Shown in pieces: positions 12,862 to 26,248 of a stretch of DNA of 64,000 bases; within the stretch, counting starts at the first letter, position 1, and each line of letters opens with the position of its first letter. Made by a program: the position numbers and the translations under genes. The notes beneath the pieces are model-generated. The model was not told where the DNA came from. It did not search any database and saw only the letters and a list, made by a program, of their open reading frames with translations. The stretch is from Chiloscyllium plagiosum (Eukaryota): contig NC_057754.1 of assembly GCF_004010195.1 (NCBI RefSeq), positions 3,725,728-3,789,727 on the forward strand, written 5' to 3'.

Positions 12862-13075
12862 GCACAGGAAGTCTCACATCTAAGACCAGCACCCCACCCC
12901 CATACAAGCAGTAAATAATTTTTGGTGACCCAGCCGGCATGATGTTGTAAGGGCAGGGTTGTTGTGGTATTTGCAGAGATGTGGGCAAGGAGGTGGCTTT
13001 TCTTTCTATGTCGGGAGGGCTCAGTAGCTCATCAGGCTGGCGGGTTGACCTCCCATCCGTTGTTCTCCCTGACAG

Positions 13076-13160
13076 ACTGTCCTCCTTCAAGACAAGAAGC
13101 AGAAGAACTACTGCGTCGCATGTCAGGAGCTGGATTCCGATGTGGACAAAGATAACCCAG
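13076..13160 (+). CDS. ZNRD2: ZNRD2/SSSCA1 penultimate exon (second half of zinc ribbon)
   Basis: Encodes TVLLQDKKQKNYCVACQELDSDVDKDNP, near-identical to human SSSCA1 as recalled. ctgacag acceptor and gtaaaa donor; phase 1 matches the next exon. Not in the ORF track. Confidence 0.93.
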
Positions 13161-13564
13161 GTAAAAGGACCCAAGTGTCAGAGGAGCCAGAATGGTGCTT
13201 TAATTTTAAAATCGCCTCCTTTGCTTAGGCTGTGACTGTTTCGCTCTGTAACACCACGATTAGGGAGGAGTGTCACATCCCTCTAGTTAAAAGATTGTAG
13301 GCTCAAGGTTCACTCCGGGAGCAAACGATTCAAGGCTACCACAACACTCCCGGTGCCAATACTCAGGGAGTGTGGCATTGTCACAGGGGCCCTACTTTCC
13401 AATGACGTGTACCTGTAGCTTTAGTATAGGGGTTGGTCAGACAACATCTGGAGTGCTCTGAGAAGCCCTGTTCTCCTTACTTTAGCAGAGGTATGATTGC
13501 CTTACAGGGAGTGTGTGCAGGTTCATCAGACTTGTTCCCAGGGTGGAGAGACTGTGCTATGAAG

Positions 13565-14603
13565 TGTTACAACACAAAGTAACCCTCCTGCTTAATTTAA
13601 ACCAGCAACACAGAAAAGATTTATCCCGTGCAGTAATCTGTGAACATTCGAGAGTCTAAGAGCTATTTGAAGTAAAAATTTACAACTTTATTTTTTGAAG
13701 TATAACAGAGAATAATTAACGAACAACAATTTATAAATCCTTCCTCTTACCTATCTTTTACTTTCTCCGCTACGTTACTGGCCCGATAAAAATCCCAATT
13801 AAGATTTACAAAACAAAACTTCTTATCTCAAAACCAGGCAACTTTTGGTTCTTCTCTGTATTCCTGTTGTCTTTTCGTCGTCTTGGGTTTCTGCTTCACA
13901 GGTTACTGGTTGATAAAGGTACCTTTAAGAGAGCTATTTTTTTGAGCAGTCTTTACATGCAGATGGCTTGGCAGTTCTCCTCTCAACTGTTCAATTTTCC
14001 ACAGTCTTATACATCCCCCCCAGAGCATCGAATGGTGTCATCAGCTTTTTAAGATTGTCAATATACTAAATTCAAACTGGATTGGAGTTTGTTTTTTTTT
14101 GGGGGGGTATAATTTAAACTAATTGTGGGCGGCACGGTGGCACAGTGGTTAGCACTGCTGCCTCACAGCGCCGGAGACCCGGGTTCAGTTCCCGCCTCAG
14201 GCGACTGACTGTGTGGAGTTTGCACGTTCTCCCCGTGTATGCGTGGGTTTCCTCCGGGTGCTCCGGTTTCCTCCCACAGTCCAAAGATGTGCAGGTCAGG
14301 GTGAATTGGTCATGCTAAATTGTCCGTAGTGTTAGGTAAGGCGTAAATGTAAGGGTATGGGTGGGTTGCGCTTCGGCGGGTCGGTGTGGACTTGTTAGGC
14401 CGAAGGGCCTGTTTCCACACTGTAAGTTATCTAATCTAATCTAATCTAATTGGCCAAATTCAAATCTCTTTTTGTCTCCAGGCAACTAGCTACCCCAACT
14501 GCTGGACTAAAAGGTTGCATTATATCTTTTTTTCAGAACACTTGTCAGGTAGTTGTGTTACTTTTAACTCTTAAAGGTATTGTACACCCATGTCTTCATG
14601 ACA
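13565..14603. mobile_element. Solo LTR with a nested SINE
   Basis: Termini TGTTACA...CATGACA, with 4-bp TSD GAAG at 13561-13564 and 14604-14607. It interrupts a CR1 fragment. Confidence 0.75.
14126..14450 (+). mobile_element. Full-length young HE1-like SINE
   Basis: Starts GGGCGGCACGGTGGCACAGTGG, has B-box GGTTCAGTTCC and a (TCTAA)n tail; CpGs retained. Confidence 0.9.
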
Positions 14604-15640
14604 GAAGAGAGCTCGAGACTGTGCTCTCAAGGGTTTTGAAGAATGAGGTTTCATTGAAACTTGAATATTGAAAGGGATATAAAGTGGGTAGATGTAAGTG
14701 CGACAGTTGAGGAGTCTAGAGGGACACAATTCAATAGTAAGTAGGATGCCACTGAAGTCTGAGAAGGAAACATAGAAAACAGTAACAAGGATAGGCCGTT
14801 TGGCCCTTCAGGTTTTCTCTGCTGTTCATTATGATCATGGTTGATATCCAACTCAGTAACCTGTTCCTGCTTTCCCCTTTAGCCTCAAAGTGCTATATCC
14901 AAATCCTCCTCGAAATCAATACAGCATTTTGGCCTCCACTACCTTCTGAGGTACTGACCTCTATTCTCTGGATGAGGAGAAATTACGGGTAAAAGGCATG
15001 ATTGTATTGAGTGGAGGAACGGATTCGATGGGCTGAATGGCCTACTCCAACTCTTGTGTTTCTAGAATCAAGGACGCAGGTGAAACCGAAAGATTAGCAG
15101 GGCCACTTTTTGGAAAGGACGGGGCCCGGAAGGGTTCTGCCTATTTATTTATCCCTCTTGATGCTGTTTGTTGGGGGATACTTGTGTCAAATTTAATTGC
15201 TGTCCTTCAGACATAACTGCACGTTCATAATGCGTCTTTAAATGTAAATAGTTGTAAAGTGCATTTGGGGGCACCCCGGGGTTGTGAAAGGCGTTATATA
15301 AATGCCCAACTCCCTGTGAAGATAGTATGGTGGTTATCATGACTGCTTGACATGCAACAGGGCCCTGGTTCTAAAACAGGCAAAAAAAAAAAATTAGGGA
15401 CCCTCTTGTGGCACGATGGTAGTGACCCTAACCCTGGAACTGGAGGCCCGAGTTCAAGTCCCCCTTCAATAACATCCCTGCCCAGGTTGATTAGAAAAAT
15501 AGGTTTATTTTTATTGTTTTTATTTTTATTATTACAATGTATTTTATACATTTATCGGCCTCTGAGATGTGGGAGGTGTTTGTGTGTCTTTTGCAAAACC
15601 CCTTGCCCTGATTTGATCTTTGCCTTTTTCGCTCTCGCAG

Positions 15641-16008
15641 CTTTGAACCCGCAAGCGGCCCTGTCTCAGGTTCGGGAGCGACAGCGCGTCCTCAACGGGC
15701 AGGAGGAGCCACTGTGTTCCCGCTCCACTCCGGAACTCTCGCTCGAAGCCAGGTCTCTGCCCGCCCCTTGCCAGGAGCCCCCCGAGCTGGTCCCCCCCCG
15801 GGCCGAAGGCGACGCGCCCTTGGGGCCAACCCACCCGGGAGCCCCTCGTGCCGGTGCCCGCCGGGAGGCCGAGCGGGTACTCCTGCAGAGGCTGACGTGG
15901 GCCTGCGGTGAGCTGGAGCGGGCCTGCTCAGTGGAGTACAGCTCTCAGCTCTGCCTCTTGATCAGGAACTGCGCTGACGCGCTGCACAGCTTGAAGCGGC
16001 TGGCCTAG
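15641..16008 (+). CDS. ZNRD2: ZNRD2/SSSCA1 last coding exon
   Basis: Encodes ALNPQAALSQVRE ... LLQRLTWACGELERACSVEYSSQLCLLIRNCADALHSLKRLA*, matching the SSSCA1 C-terminal helical domain. Polypyrimidine/cgcag acceptor. Confidence 0.92.
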
Positions 16009-16363
16009 TCACCCTCTGGGACTCCAGGGGGTGGCACTCTCTGTCAGAGGTCCGTGCCCTGAATCCGCCAGTGGCACACCAGGGTTTCGGGGGAGGGTGC
16101 TAATCTCTGTTTCATTGGCTCCGGGTGCACCCTCCAAGCCACAGAAATGTCCTGCTTTGACCTCCAGCCATATTTAACTTTGCACTTCTGGGGAGCAATG
16201 ATGTCTAGATTGTCCATGTGACATTTAGCAATTAGCTGTGGTGAAATTTGGAGTATATTCTAGTCTGCCTCCCTCATAGTGTTGGAGACAACATCATTTA
16301 AACAGTCTCCTAACCCAGTCTATTAGCCTTTCACGTTATCCCTTGTCCGATATCTCTCGAACT

Positions 16364-16369
16364 AATAAA
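16364..16369 (+). terminator. Putative ZNRD2 poly(A) signal
   Basis: First AATAAA, ~355 nt after the stop codon. Confidence 0.55.
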
Positions 16370-16649
16370 CAGAACCGTCAGAGCCCCCCACCATGGTCGT
16401 TCATTTTGAAAACTGTTTAATCTTTAGTGTTTTGGAGCCTGTAGGATATTTCCTGGAGGTTTGACATTCCTCCTGTGGTCCCGGAGTGTTATGGGAAATC
16501 CTGTCTGGAATTGAATAGAGGTTTTGAAAGTTTGCACAGTTGTTGTGGGGGGAGGGGGTGTTCAAAGGTCAATAAGACACATTAACCTTTGGGTCTGGAG
16601 ATCAACACTTGCCCACCCAGAGGATGAAAATTCTTGCTGATTATGGGAC

Positions 16650-17000
16650 CTTTACTCTGTATCTAACCCCCTGCTGTCCCTGTCCTGGGAGTGTTTGATG
16701 GACAGTGTAGAGGGATCTTTATTCTGTATCTAACCCTGTGCTATCCCTGTCCTGGGGAGTGTTTGATGGGGACAGTGCAGAGAGAGCTTTACTCTATTTA
16801 ACTCTGTGCTGTCCCTCTCCTGGGAGTGTTTGATGGGGACAGTGTGGAGGGAGCTTTACTCTATCTAATCTCACAATGTACCTCACCTAGGGGTGTTTGA
16901 GTGGGTCACTGTAGAGGTGGCTGTACTTTCAGTTTAAAAGAGTAGAGGGACTGTTTACTCTGTATCCAGCCCTGTGCTGTACCGACTTTGGGAGTGTTTG
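16650..17000. repeat. Degenerate ~67-bp tandem repeat
   Basis: Unit like CTTTACTCTGTATCTAACCCTGTGCTGTCCCTGTCCTGGGAGTGTTTGATGGGGACAGTGTAGAGGGA, ~5 copies. The same family occurs inverted at 35650-36130. Confidence 0.85.
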
Positions 17001-18178
17001 CCTAACAGAATTGGTCAGTGCTGGAATTTTTGACCTCTCGTTCCATCTGAATCATTCCAAGGAGTAGAGAGATGGAATTGTAGAGGGGAGTTGGATTACA
17101 TTTTAAAATGATTTGGGTCAAACTGATGGCTAAGGTTGTGACTCGAGTCCATTGCTAGTACCATAAGGATTCCCCTTTGGAATCTACATCTCAGTTAGAT
17201 GTTGCACTGTGTGGAGATACCTTTTGGATCCCTAAGCTGTTCCACAGCACACTGAGCCCATGCTGGGATTGATGGGACTCTGTATGGTCACCAGAGATTG
17301 TTCCCTCTTCCCTACACTTCCAACCAACCCCACTGGAAATGTTTTGTTTTTGTATTTTGGTTTAAATTAATAAAGTATTTGCGTTTCTCTTGCGGTGCTG
17401 CTGGTTTCTTGGGCCCTGTGGGTCTCCAGGGTCGGGCACAGTCGGGGGCATGAGGTGGTGCCAATTCCAAAAAGCACAACCTTTGTCTCTCTGGGAGCAG
17501 CACCCCTGGACAGGACGTGAGAGACCTCAGGAGGGGCAATGGTACGGGTTAAAGAAGGAAGGGTCCCAAGGTGGGCTAATAGTTCACCGTGGAGATAAAG
17601 GATTTGAGCAGTATCCCAGTTAAACCCTGCCATATTAATCATTCATCCTGTCTTTAAGTCTCCCTTCTCCATAAGAGACATACAGCACAGAAACAGATCC
17701 TTCGGTCTAACAAATTCATGCTGACCAAGCTTACTGAAACTCAACTAGTCCCACTTGCCTGTGTTTGGCCTCTCTCCCTCTAAACCTTTCCTATCAATGT
17801 ACATTCAAATGTCTTTTAAGTGTTGTAACTGTACGTACATCCACCATTTCCTCTGGCAGCTCATTCCACATATGAACCACCACCACCACGGTGGGTGGCA
17901 CAGTGGTTAGCACTGCTGCCTCCTCCCACAGTCCAAAGATGTGCAGGGTCAGGTGAAGTGGCCATGCTAAATTGTCCGTAGTGTTAGGTAAGGGGTAAAT
18001 GTAGGGGTATGGGTGGGTTGCGCTTCGGCAGGTCGGTGTGGACTTGTTGGGCCGGAGGGCCTGTTTCCACACTGTAAAGTAATCTAGTCTTGTCTAATAC
18101 AGCACCACTACCCCCCGTTTGAAAGAGTTGCTTCCCAGGTCCCTTTTAAATCTTTCTCCTCTCACCTACAAAATGTGC

Positions 18179-18376
18179 CAGGCGAAAGTGAGGACTGCAG
18201 ATGCTGGAGATCAGAATCTAGATTAGAGTGGTGCTGGAAAAGCACAGCAGGTCAGGCAGCATCCGAGGAGCAGGAGAATCGACGTCCCGATGAAAGGCTT
18301 TTGCCCGAAACGTCGATCTTCCTGCTCCTCGGTGCTGCCTGACCTGCTGTGCTTTTCCAGCATCACTCTAATCTAA
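18179..18376. mobile_element. Penelope-derived foldback insertion
   Basis: Inverted arms (GCTGGAAAAGCACAGCAGGTCAGGCAGC and its complement), degenerate hammerhead core, 9-bp TSD AAAATGTGC. Confidence 0.75.
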
Positions 18377-21300
18377 AAAATGTGCTCTCTAGTTTTGAAC
18401 TCCCCTACCCTCGGGAAAAGACCCTTGCAATCGCCTTATCTATACCTGTCATGATTTTCTAAACTATTATAAGGTCAACCTCCTAAAAATCCCAGCCTCT
18501 CTTTATAGCTCAAATCCTCCATTCCTGGTAACACCCTTGTACATCTTTCCTGCGCCCTTTCCAATTTAATATCCTTCCTATAGCAGGGCGACCAGAACTG
18601 TACACTTACTCCAAACGTAGCCTCACCAATATTCTGTACAACTGCAACATGACATACCAACTCCTATACTCAATGGTCTGAGCAATAAAGGCAAATGTGC
18701 CAAATACCACTACTATCCCTGTCGACCTGTGATGCAACATTCAAGAACTATGTACAGGAACCCTCCAAGGCCCCAGGTTCAATTCCAGCCTCAGGCGACT
18801 GTCTCTGTTGAGTTTGCACATTCTCCCCGTGAATGCATGGGGTTTCCTCCGGGTGCTCCGGTTTCCTCCCACAATCCAAAGACACAGGTCAGGTGAATTG
18901 GCCGTGCTAAATTGCCCGTAGTGTTAGGGAAATGGGTCTGGGTGTGTTACTCTTCAGAGGGTTGGTGTGGACTGTTTGGGCTGAAGGGCCTGTTTCACAC
19001 TGTGGGTAATCTAATCTAATCACCCAAATCATTTACATAAATGACAGACAACAGTGGACCTGTTACCAATCCCTCTAGAGCACACCTAGTCCTAGGCCTC
19101 ATACTGTCAAGCCAATGTTGTATTCTATTTGCAAGCTGTTTTTGAATCCCATGTGATCGAACTTTACTGACCATTCTACCATGCAGAACCCTGTCAAAGG
19201 CGTTACTAGTCTATGTAGATAATGTCTACATCATTTATCTTCTTGGTCACATCCTCAAAAAACTGAATCAAATTAGTGAGACACTATTCCCCACACACAC
19301 ACACACACACAAAGCCATGCTGACTATCCCTAAACACTCTTTGCCCCTTCAGATGCATGTGAATCCTATCTCTCAGAATCCCCTCCAACAACTTAGCCAG
19401 TATTGATGTCAGACTTTGCTACTCTATACTTCCAGGGCTTGTAATAGAGATGTACAGCATGGAAACAGACCCTTCGGTCCAACCCGTCCACGCCGACCAG
19501 ATTTCCCAACCCAATCTAGTCCCACCTACCAGCACCCAGCCCATATCCCTCCAAACCCTTCCTATTCATATACCCATCCAGATGCCTCTTAAAATGTTTG
19601 CAATTGTACCAGCCTCCACCACATCCTCTGGCAGCTCATTCCATACACGTACCACCGTCTGCATGAAAGGGTTACCCCTTAGGTCTCTTTTGTATCTTTC
19701 CCCTCTCACCCTAAACCTATGCCCTCTAGTTCTGGACTCGCAGCCTTTCTTAAATAAAGGCACAACATTGGCCACCCTCCAGCTCCTTGCTCTGCTAGGG
19801 GCCCAACAACCTCCAGCTTTCTGCAACGTGCTGGGATAAACTTGATCAGAGTTCTCCACCTTTATGTTGTTTAGGATGTGGAAGTGCTGGTGTTGTACTT
19901 GGGATGGACAAGGTCAGAAGGTACAAGACACCAGGTTACAGTCCAAACAGGTTTATTTGAAATCACAAGCTTTCCGAGCGCAACACTGAAGGTGACAGGA
20001 CATATTGCACAAGCAACTAATAAAGCATCCTAGGCTTTATTTTTAAGGCCACGAAATACAAAGGCAAACAGGTTATGTTGAATTTACATTGACACTGGTT
20101 TGGCTGTGGCTGGACTATTGACTCCAGTTCAAATCTACGCTGGTCCCACTTTCCAGCACTTGGCCCTTAGCATCCCTACAGTGTGGGAGCAGGGCATTTG
20201 GCCCTCAGAAGAGGACCCCCACCCCATCCCTGTAACCCTGCAGTTGCCATGGGTAATCCACCTAGCCTGCACTCTATGGGGCAATTTAGCCTGGCCAATC
20301 CACCCTAACCTGCACATCTTTGGACTGCGGGAGGAAACCCACAGAGAGGACACCAAGGTGGAATTGAACTCAAGTCCTTGGTGTTGTGAGGCAGCAGTGC
20401 CAACCACTGAGCCATCATGCTTTGAATATTATGATGTGGAGATACCAGTGTTGGACTGGAGTGGACAGATTAAAAGTCACACAATACCAGGCTAAGGTCC
20501 AACACGTTTATTTTAATTTTGCTAGTTCTTTTCAGGTATGGAAGAAAAGTTGTTCTCTTACAGACAATCGTAAACTTAATTCAACTGGCCTCTCAGAGTT
20601 GGGAAATGCTCTGTGTGCTGCACTTTGTTGGTGTAGGAGATATTGTAAGTTACATAGCCGCTCCAACAGGTAGCTCGCTATAATCTGGTGTTGTGTGATT
20701 TTTAAACTTTGAATATTATGATGCTCCAACTGCTCATTTAAGTACTTTTTAAAGATTGCCTCCGTTACCCGGCCAGGCAGTGCATTAGTGATTCCCACCA
20801 TCCTCTGGGTGAAGAATGTTTTCCTCAAATTCCCCTCTGATCCTCCTGCCTTTCATCTTAAAATTATGGCCCCTTATTATTGACCCTTCAACTAAGGGGA
20901 ATAGCTGCTTTGTATCCAGTCTCATCATGCCCCTTATAACCTTATCCACCTCGTATTAGCCTCCTCCCTGCTAAAACATGGGTCGATTGCTAACTTGACC
21001 AAACAGCAAGGGATGCTGTGTATATTGGCCAAGTAAAACTCTGAAATCACAAAACCCACACACACATGTGCAAACACAGCAGCCAGAGCCTAATGATACG
21101 AGCATAATGTAAAAGGCAACAGTTATCCTGGACAGACATACCCCCAACAACTTAACGACTAAACAAAGGAGAGCCCAGATCAGTGTGGTGCTGGAAATGC
21201 ACAGCAGGTCAGGCAGCATCCGAGGAGCAGGAAGGTCCACGTTTCGGGCAAACGCCTTTCATCAGCAGGGCCCAGACAGAAAGGCAATGGGCCCTGCTAC

Positions 21301-24300
21301 ATGAACAAACACACAAACAAACAAACAAACAGTAGCAAGCCATCCAAATGACAGACATGGATTCAAGCTATTAAGTGAGTCTCCCTGATTGGCCGGAACT
21401 ATAGCAATTTCCAGGAAACCATCTAAAAGGCATTAAAAACAGGATTCACCTGCAGACCGGACTTTCGGAACCTCTGGGATCATATAAGACCTTCCAAGGA
21501 GATCAGCAATGGCAGAGACCAGCTGACGAGCCAGAGCCAGAGAGAGAGAGGAAAGAGAAGGCAACTTTGCAGACCCAGAAACAGAGCCAAAGAGTGACTG
21601 CATAAATCTACAAGAGACTCAGGAATTATTGTAACTTTTAAGTTACAATGGAGTAGAGACAATATGGTTAAAGGTTATTGTAACTTTGTTCCTAATAAAG
21701 TTGGGACTGCTTTGCCTTGGTACCAGCTTGTGTTCATATTGATTGGACTGCTTCAGTATTGTGGATCACCTGAACAAATTCATTCGTAGCAATCTGGTCA
21801 CAGTTGTTTTAAGTAGTGACATTTACTTCTTAACAGGTTCTATATGTGGGTGTGAAAGCATTGGAGAGTGCAGAAGATATTCACAAGAATAATTCGAGAG
21901 ATGAACGTGATTGATGTTGTGGCTGAAGGATATTTGATTGTCACATCCTTACAGATCTGCACACAGTAACTGGGAAAATGTTCTCACTTGTGAATGGAGA
22001 GCGATGGCATTAAGGTATTTGGGAAAAGAAGTAAAACAGATCAAGAAAATGTCTTTCCTGCAGGAAGCGACTTGCATCTGGAATGTGCTGCATGAGGGTG
22101 TAGCGGAAGCAGATTTGTTCAAGAGAATTTTAAGAGGGAATTTGATGCTTCTTTGAATAGGAAGAATGTGTAGGATTACAGTGAGCAGGTGAGGCACTGG
22201 ATGAGATGCTCATTCAGAGCTGGCACAGATGTGAAAGTCCTACGCTGTAACAATTGAATTTGGCATAAGCATCAATCTACTTCAGATAAGGGGTGGTTAT
22301 TCATGGTAGAGAATGTCCATTGACATAAATGGACAGGGGCCTGTGCAGTGTGAAGTGACCTACACTGGCAGCGCAAGGGACTTCCTGAAGACACTCAAAC
22401 AGAACCGCTCCCAAACTTCCACCCATTATTTATTACATGCCTAAAGACAATGGCACAGTGGCTCAGTGGTTAGCATTGCTGCCTCACAGCGGCAGGGACC
22501 TTGGTCAAATTCCAGCCTTGGGTGGCTGTGTGGAGTTTGCATGTTCTCCCTGTATCTGCGTGGGTTCCCGCCGGGTTCACCGATTTCCTCCCACACTCCC
22601 AAGATGTGTACGTTAAGGTGGATTGGCCATGCTAAGTTGCCCTTGGTGTGCAGGCTAGGTATGTTAGCCATGGGAAATGAAGGGTCTGGATAGGGTGATC
22701 TTTAGGGGGTTGGTGTGCACTCAGATGGGCTGAATAGCCTGCTTCCACACTGAAGGGATCCTTTGAAGTGATTCTTCTGGCTACCCTCTCTTTAATCACT
22801 AGAACATTAAAGATTAGGAGCACTCATAGGTCATTGAGTCTGCTCCACCTTTCGATATGATCACGGCTGATCTCACCTCAGCTTCAATTCCACTTTCCTG
22901 CCCACTCTCCATAACCCTTCAACCCATCGCTAACTAAAAACCTATCTTTTCCTCAAATTTATTCAGTGTCCCAGTGCCCACCTCACAGATTCAAAACCCT
23001 TTGGGAGAAGTAATTTCTCCTCATCTCTTATTTTAAACCTGTCACCCCTTTTCCTAAAACTATGACATCTCATCCTAATAGCCCCCTCAAGGGGAAAACG
23101 TCTGCTCTATGTCTACTTTGTCAATCCCCTTAGTATCTGGAATAGGTACATAGAAATCGGAGGAGACCATTCAGCCCCTCAAGCCTGCTTCACAATTCAA
23201 TGAGAAAATCCCTCGAGGTAAAAGCTACATGACCATATGAGTTACGGAATAGACATTGCTGATCTGTGGCCTAATGCTATATATCTACCTATGATTTATA
23301 CGTGGCCCTCATGATTTTATAAACCTCTTTAAGAATAGAATAGAATCCCTACAGTGTGGAAACAGGCCATTTGGCCCAACAGGTCCACACCGACCCTCTG
23401 AAGAGTATCCCACCCAGACCCATTCCCATTCCCATTCCCCAACCCTATTATCCTATTACCCCTGACTAATGCACAGAACCTACAAACCCCTGAACACTAT
23501 GGGGCAATGGCCAATTCCCCTGACCTGCACATCTTTGGATTGTTGGAGGAAACCCGAGCACCCAGAGGAAACCCACTCAGACACGGGGAGAACGGGCAAA
23601 CTCCACGCAGACATTTGCCAGAGTCTGGAATCAAAGCCAGGTCCCTTGGTGCTGTTAGGCAGCAGTGTAAATCACTGAGCCACCATGCCACCCCTCAGCC
23701 TCCGACACTCCAGGGTAAACAGCCCCAGTCTATTCAGCCTCTCCCTATAGCTCAAACCCTCCAAGCCCGGAAACATTCTTGTAAATCTTTTATGAACCCT
23801 TTCAAGTTTCACAACATCCTTCTTATAGCAGGGAGACCAGAACTGAACACAGTATTCCATAAGTGACCTAATCAATATCCTTATAAAATCCACGATGTGG
23901 AGGTGCCAGTGTTGGACTCGGGTGGACAAAGTTAAAAATCACACAACACCAAGTTATAGTCCAACAGGTTTATTTGGATGCACAAGCTTTTGGAGCGCTG
24001 TGTATGAATAGGAAAGGGGTTGGAGGGATATGGGCCAGGAGCAGGCAAAGTGGGACTAGTTTAATTTGGGATTATGGTTGGCATGGACTGGTTGGACCGA
24101 AGGGTCTGTTTCCATGCTGTATGACCCTATGACTCTATATGGCAACCCTCTCAACTCCAGAATCACGTCCTTTCTCAATAAAGGGATCAAGACTGTCGTG
24201 GTCCTGATGCAAAGTTATCCTCCAGGTGAGGTTTGCCCCTAACGTTGATAAGACCTTTCGGTCCATCACCCCAGGGAAATTACCTTGTCTATTTATCCTA

Positions 24301-24408
24301 TCCAGCAGTGCTAACCACTGAGCCACAGTGACTAGCACTGCAGCCCACACTGATTTAAAAGGCATCTGGATGGCAATATCAGTAGGAAAGGTTTAGAGGG
24401 ATATGGGC

Positions 24409-24611
24409 TGAAAATGTGTTGCTGGAAAAGCGCAGCAGGTCAGGCAGCATCCAAGGAGCAGGAGAATCGACGTTTCGGGCATAAGCCCTTCTTCAGGAAT
24501 CTGCCCAAAACGTCGATTCTCCTGCTCCTTGGATGCTGCCTGACCTGCTGCGCTTTTCCAGCAACACATTTTCAGCTCTGATCTCCAGCATCTGCAGTCC
24601 TCACTTTCTCC
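24409..24611. mobile_element. Penelope-derived foldback insertion with a hammerhead core (minus strand, 24469-24496)
   Basis: Inverted arms; CTGAAGA-A-GGGC-TTAT-GCCC-GAAAC-GTC on the minus strand; 16-bp TSD TTAGAGGGAT(A/G)TGGGC. Confidence 0.78.
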
Positions 24612-25650
24612 TTAGAGGGATGTGGGCCAAGTGCCGGCAAATGGGACTAGATTCATTTAGGATATCTGGGTCAGCACGGGCAAGTTGGACAGAAGGGTCT
24701 GTTTCCGTCCTGTACATCGCTATGATTATTTATCCCCGTGCTTGTGGGATCTTGCTGTGCGCGACGAGAGGCCTCTTTATTGCCAGCACCTCAGCACAGA
24801 GGTGGAAGAGAGTGTGAGAGGATCGTGGCTAATCTCAGAAATTATTAGCGAAAGCTGGGAGGGGAGTAAAAGATCGTGCAGAAATTACCAGTGGGATTTA
24901 ATACACATACACAAAAAAAATCCTTTTTTTTGTGGAAACAAAACTCAGATGCGGAAATAGCATGAATTTTTAGTCTGGGCTTTGGAGGCCAAATTATTAT
25001 GGGGCCGGACTAGAAGGTGTCGCAAAGAAATTAAAAGTTTGAAAGGAAATAGCCCTCACGCCTTGACGTTGCGTTGGGTCAGTCTTAGGGCGTGTCGGTG
25101 TGTAAACAAAGAAAAGGATCTGTACAAGAGGGGAAACCAGTCCCTTTTTAAACAACAACTCAGAGGATGAAAGATTTGCTCTTTGTGTGTGCGCGGCTGG
25201 AAGAGAGCGAGAGGTTTAGCTTTTAACAAAAAGGAAAGAATTGGAAGTAAAGGGTGAGAGAGAGAGAGAGTGTGAGTGCAAGACTGGTTTCGAACTTGTG
25301 TTCATAGGTTTCCTGGGGCGAGGAGAAGAGAGAGGGGGAGGAAGGGAGGGNNNNNNNNNNNNNNNNNNNNNNNNNNNNNNNNNNNNNNNNNNNNNNNNNN
25401 NNNNNNNNNNNNNNNNNNNNNNNNNNNAGAGGGGGGGAGGAAGGGAGAGAGAGGGGGAGGAAGGGAGAGAGAGGGAGGAAGGGAGAGAGAGAGAGAAGGG
25501 GAGGAAGGGAGAGGGAGAAAGAGGGGGGGAGAGAGAGGAAGAGATTCCTGCAACAAAGAGGAAACTTTGACTGAGATACCAGGCGAAGACACTGCTTGGG
25601 GAAAGACCTTGCTGCATGCACCAGGTAGACAGCTGAGAGAAGGAGAGGGT

Positions 25651-25899
25651 ATGAATGGGAGTCAGGAGGACTCCTCTGGGAGCCTGGTTTCTGGCATTGA
25701 GGGGCTTCCCCCCTTGCCCAAGGGTCTGAGCGGGATCCTCAATTCCAGCGGCGGTTCCTGGAGGGACGTGGAGAGGCTCTACGCCAAGAAGACTATGATC
25801 CAGGATGAGCTGAGCCGGCCCCACTTGGCCACCGAGAAGTTCCTGAGGAACAAGCCGGCCAATCTGGACGCAGCCCTGGCCTTATTGAGGAAGGAGATG
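25651..25899 (+). CDS. FAM89B: FAM89B (LRAP25) exon 1
   Basis: Encodes MNG ... GLPPLPKGLSGILNSSGGSWRDVERLY ... NLDAALALLRKEM, then a gtaag donor. Lies directly downstream of ZNRD2 on the same strand, as in mammals. Confidence 0.93.
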
Positions 25900-26220
25900 G
25901 TAAGCCAAGGCACCTACTGTACACCCCTCCATCCTCCCTCCCTCTCCCTAACCCAACCCAACCCATTGGCAAAGAAAAGTCATAGAGCACCGGGAAGAGA
26001 GGACCGTCGGCCCATCAAGCCCTGCTTTTTTTTTTAGATTACATTCCCTTACAGTGTGGAAACAGGCCCTTAGGCCCAACAAGTCTTTCCTACCCTCCGA
26101 AGAGTAACCCACCCAGACCCATTTCCCTCTGACAAATCCACCTGACACTACAGACAATTTAATAACCATGGGGCAGGAAAATCGACATTTCGGGCAAAAG
26201 CCCTTCAACAGGCTTCATTC

Positions 26221-26248
26221 CTGATGAAGGGCTTTTGCCCGAAACGTC
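26221..26248 (+). ncRNA. Minimal type-I hammerhead ribozyme core within foldback element 26171-26349
   Basis: CTGATGA-A-GGGC-TTTT-GCCC-GAAAC-GTC with a palindromic ACGT stem III. The element is flanked by a 16-bp TSD CAATTTAA(T/C)AACCATG. Confidence 0.7.

Noticed and set aside
14126-14200. tRNA gene candidates (also at other SINE heads)
   Set aside because: A/B boxes continue into the V-SINE core and LINE-derived tail; no complete cloverleaf.
21241-21266. Active hammerhead in the 21180-21269 insert
   Set aside because: The cleavage triplet is GTG and stem II is mismatched; the copies at 18287, 59405 and 60785 also have core mutations.
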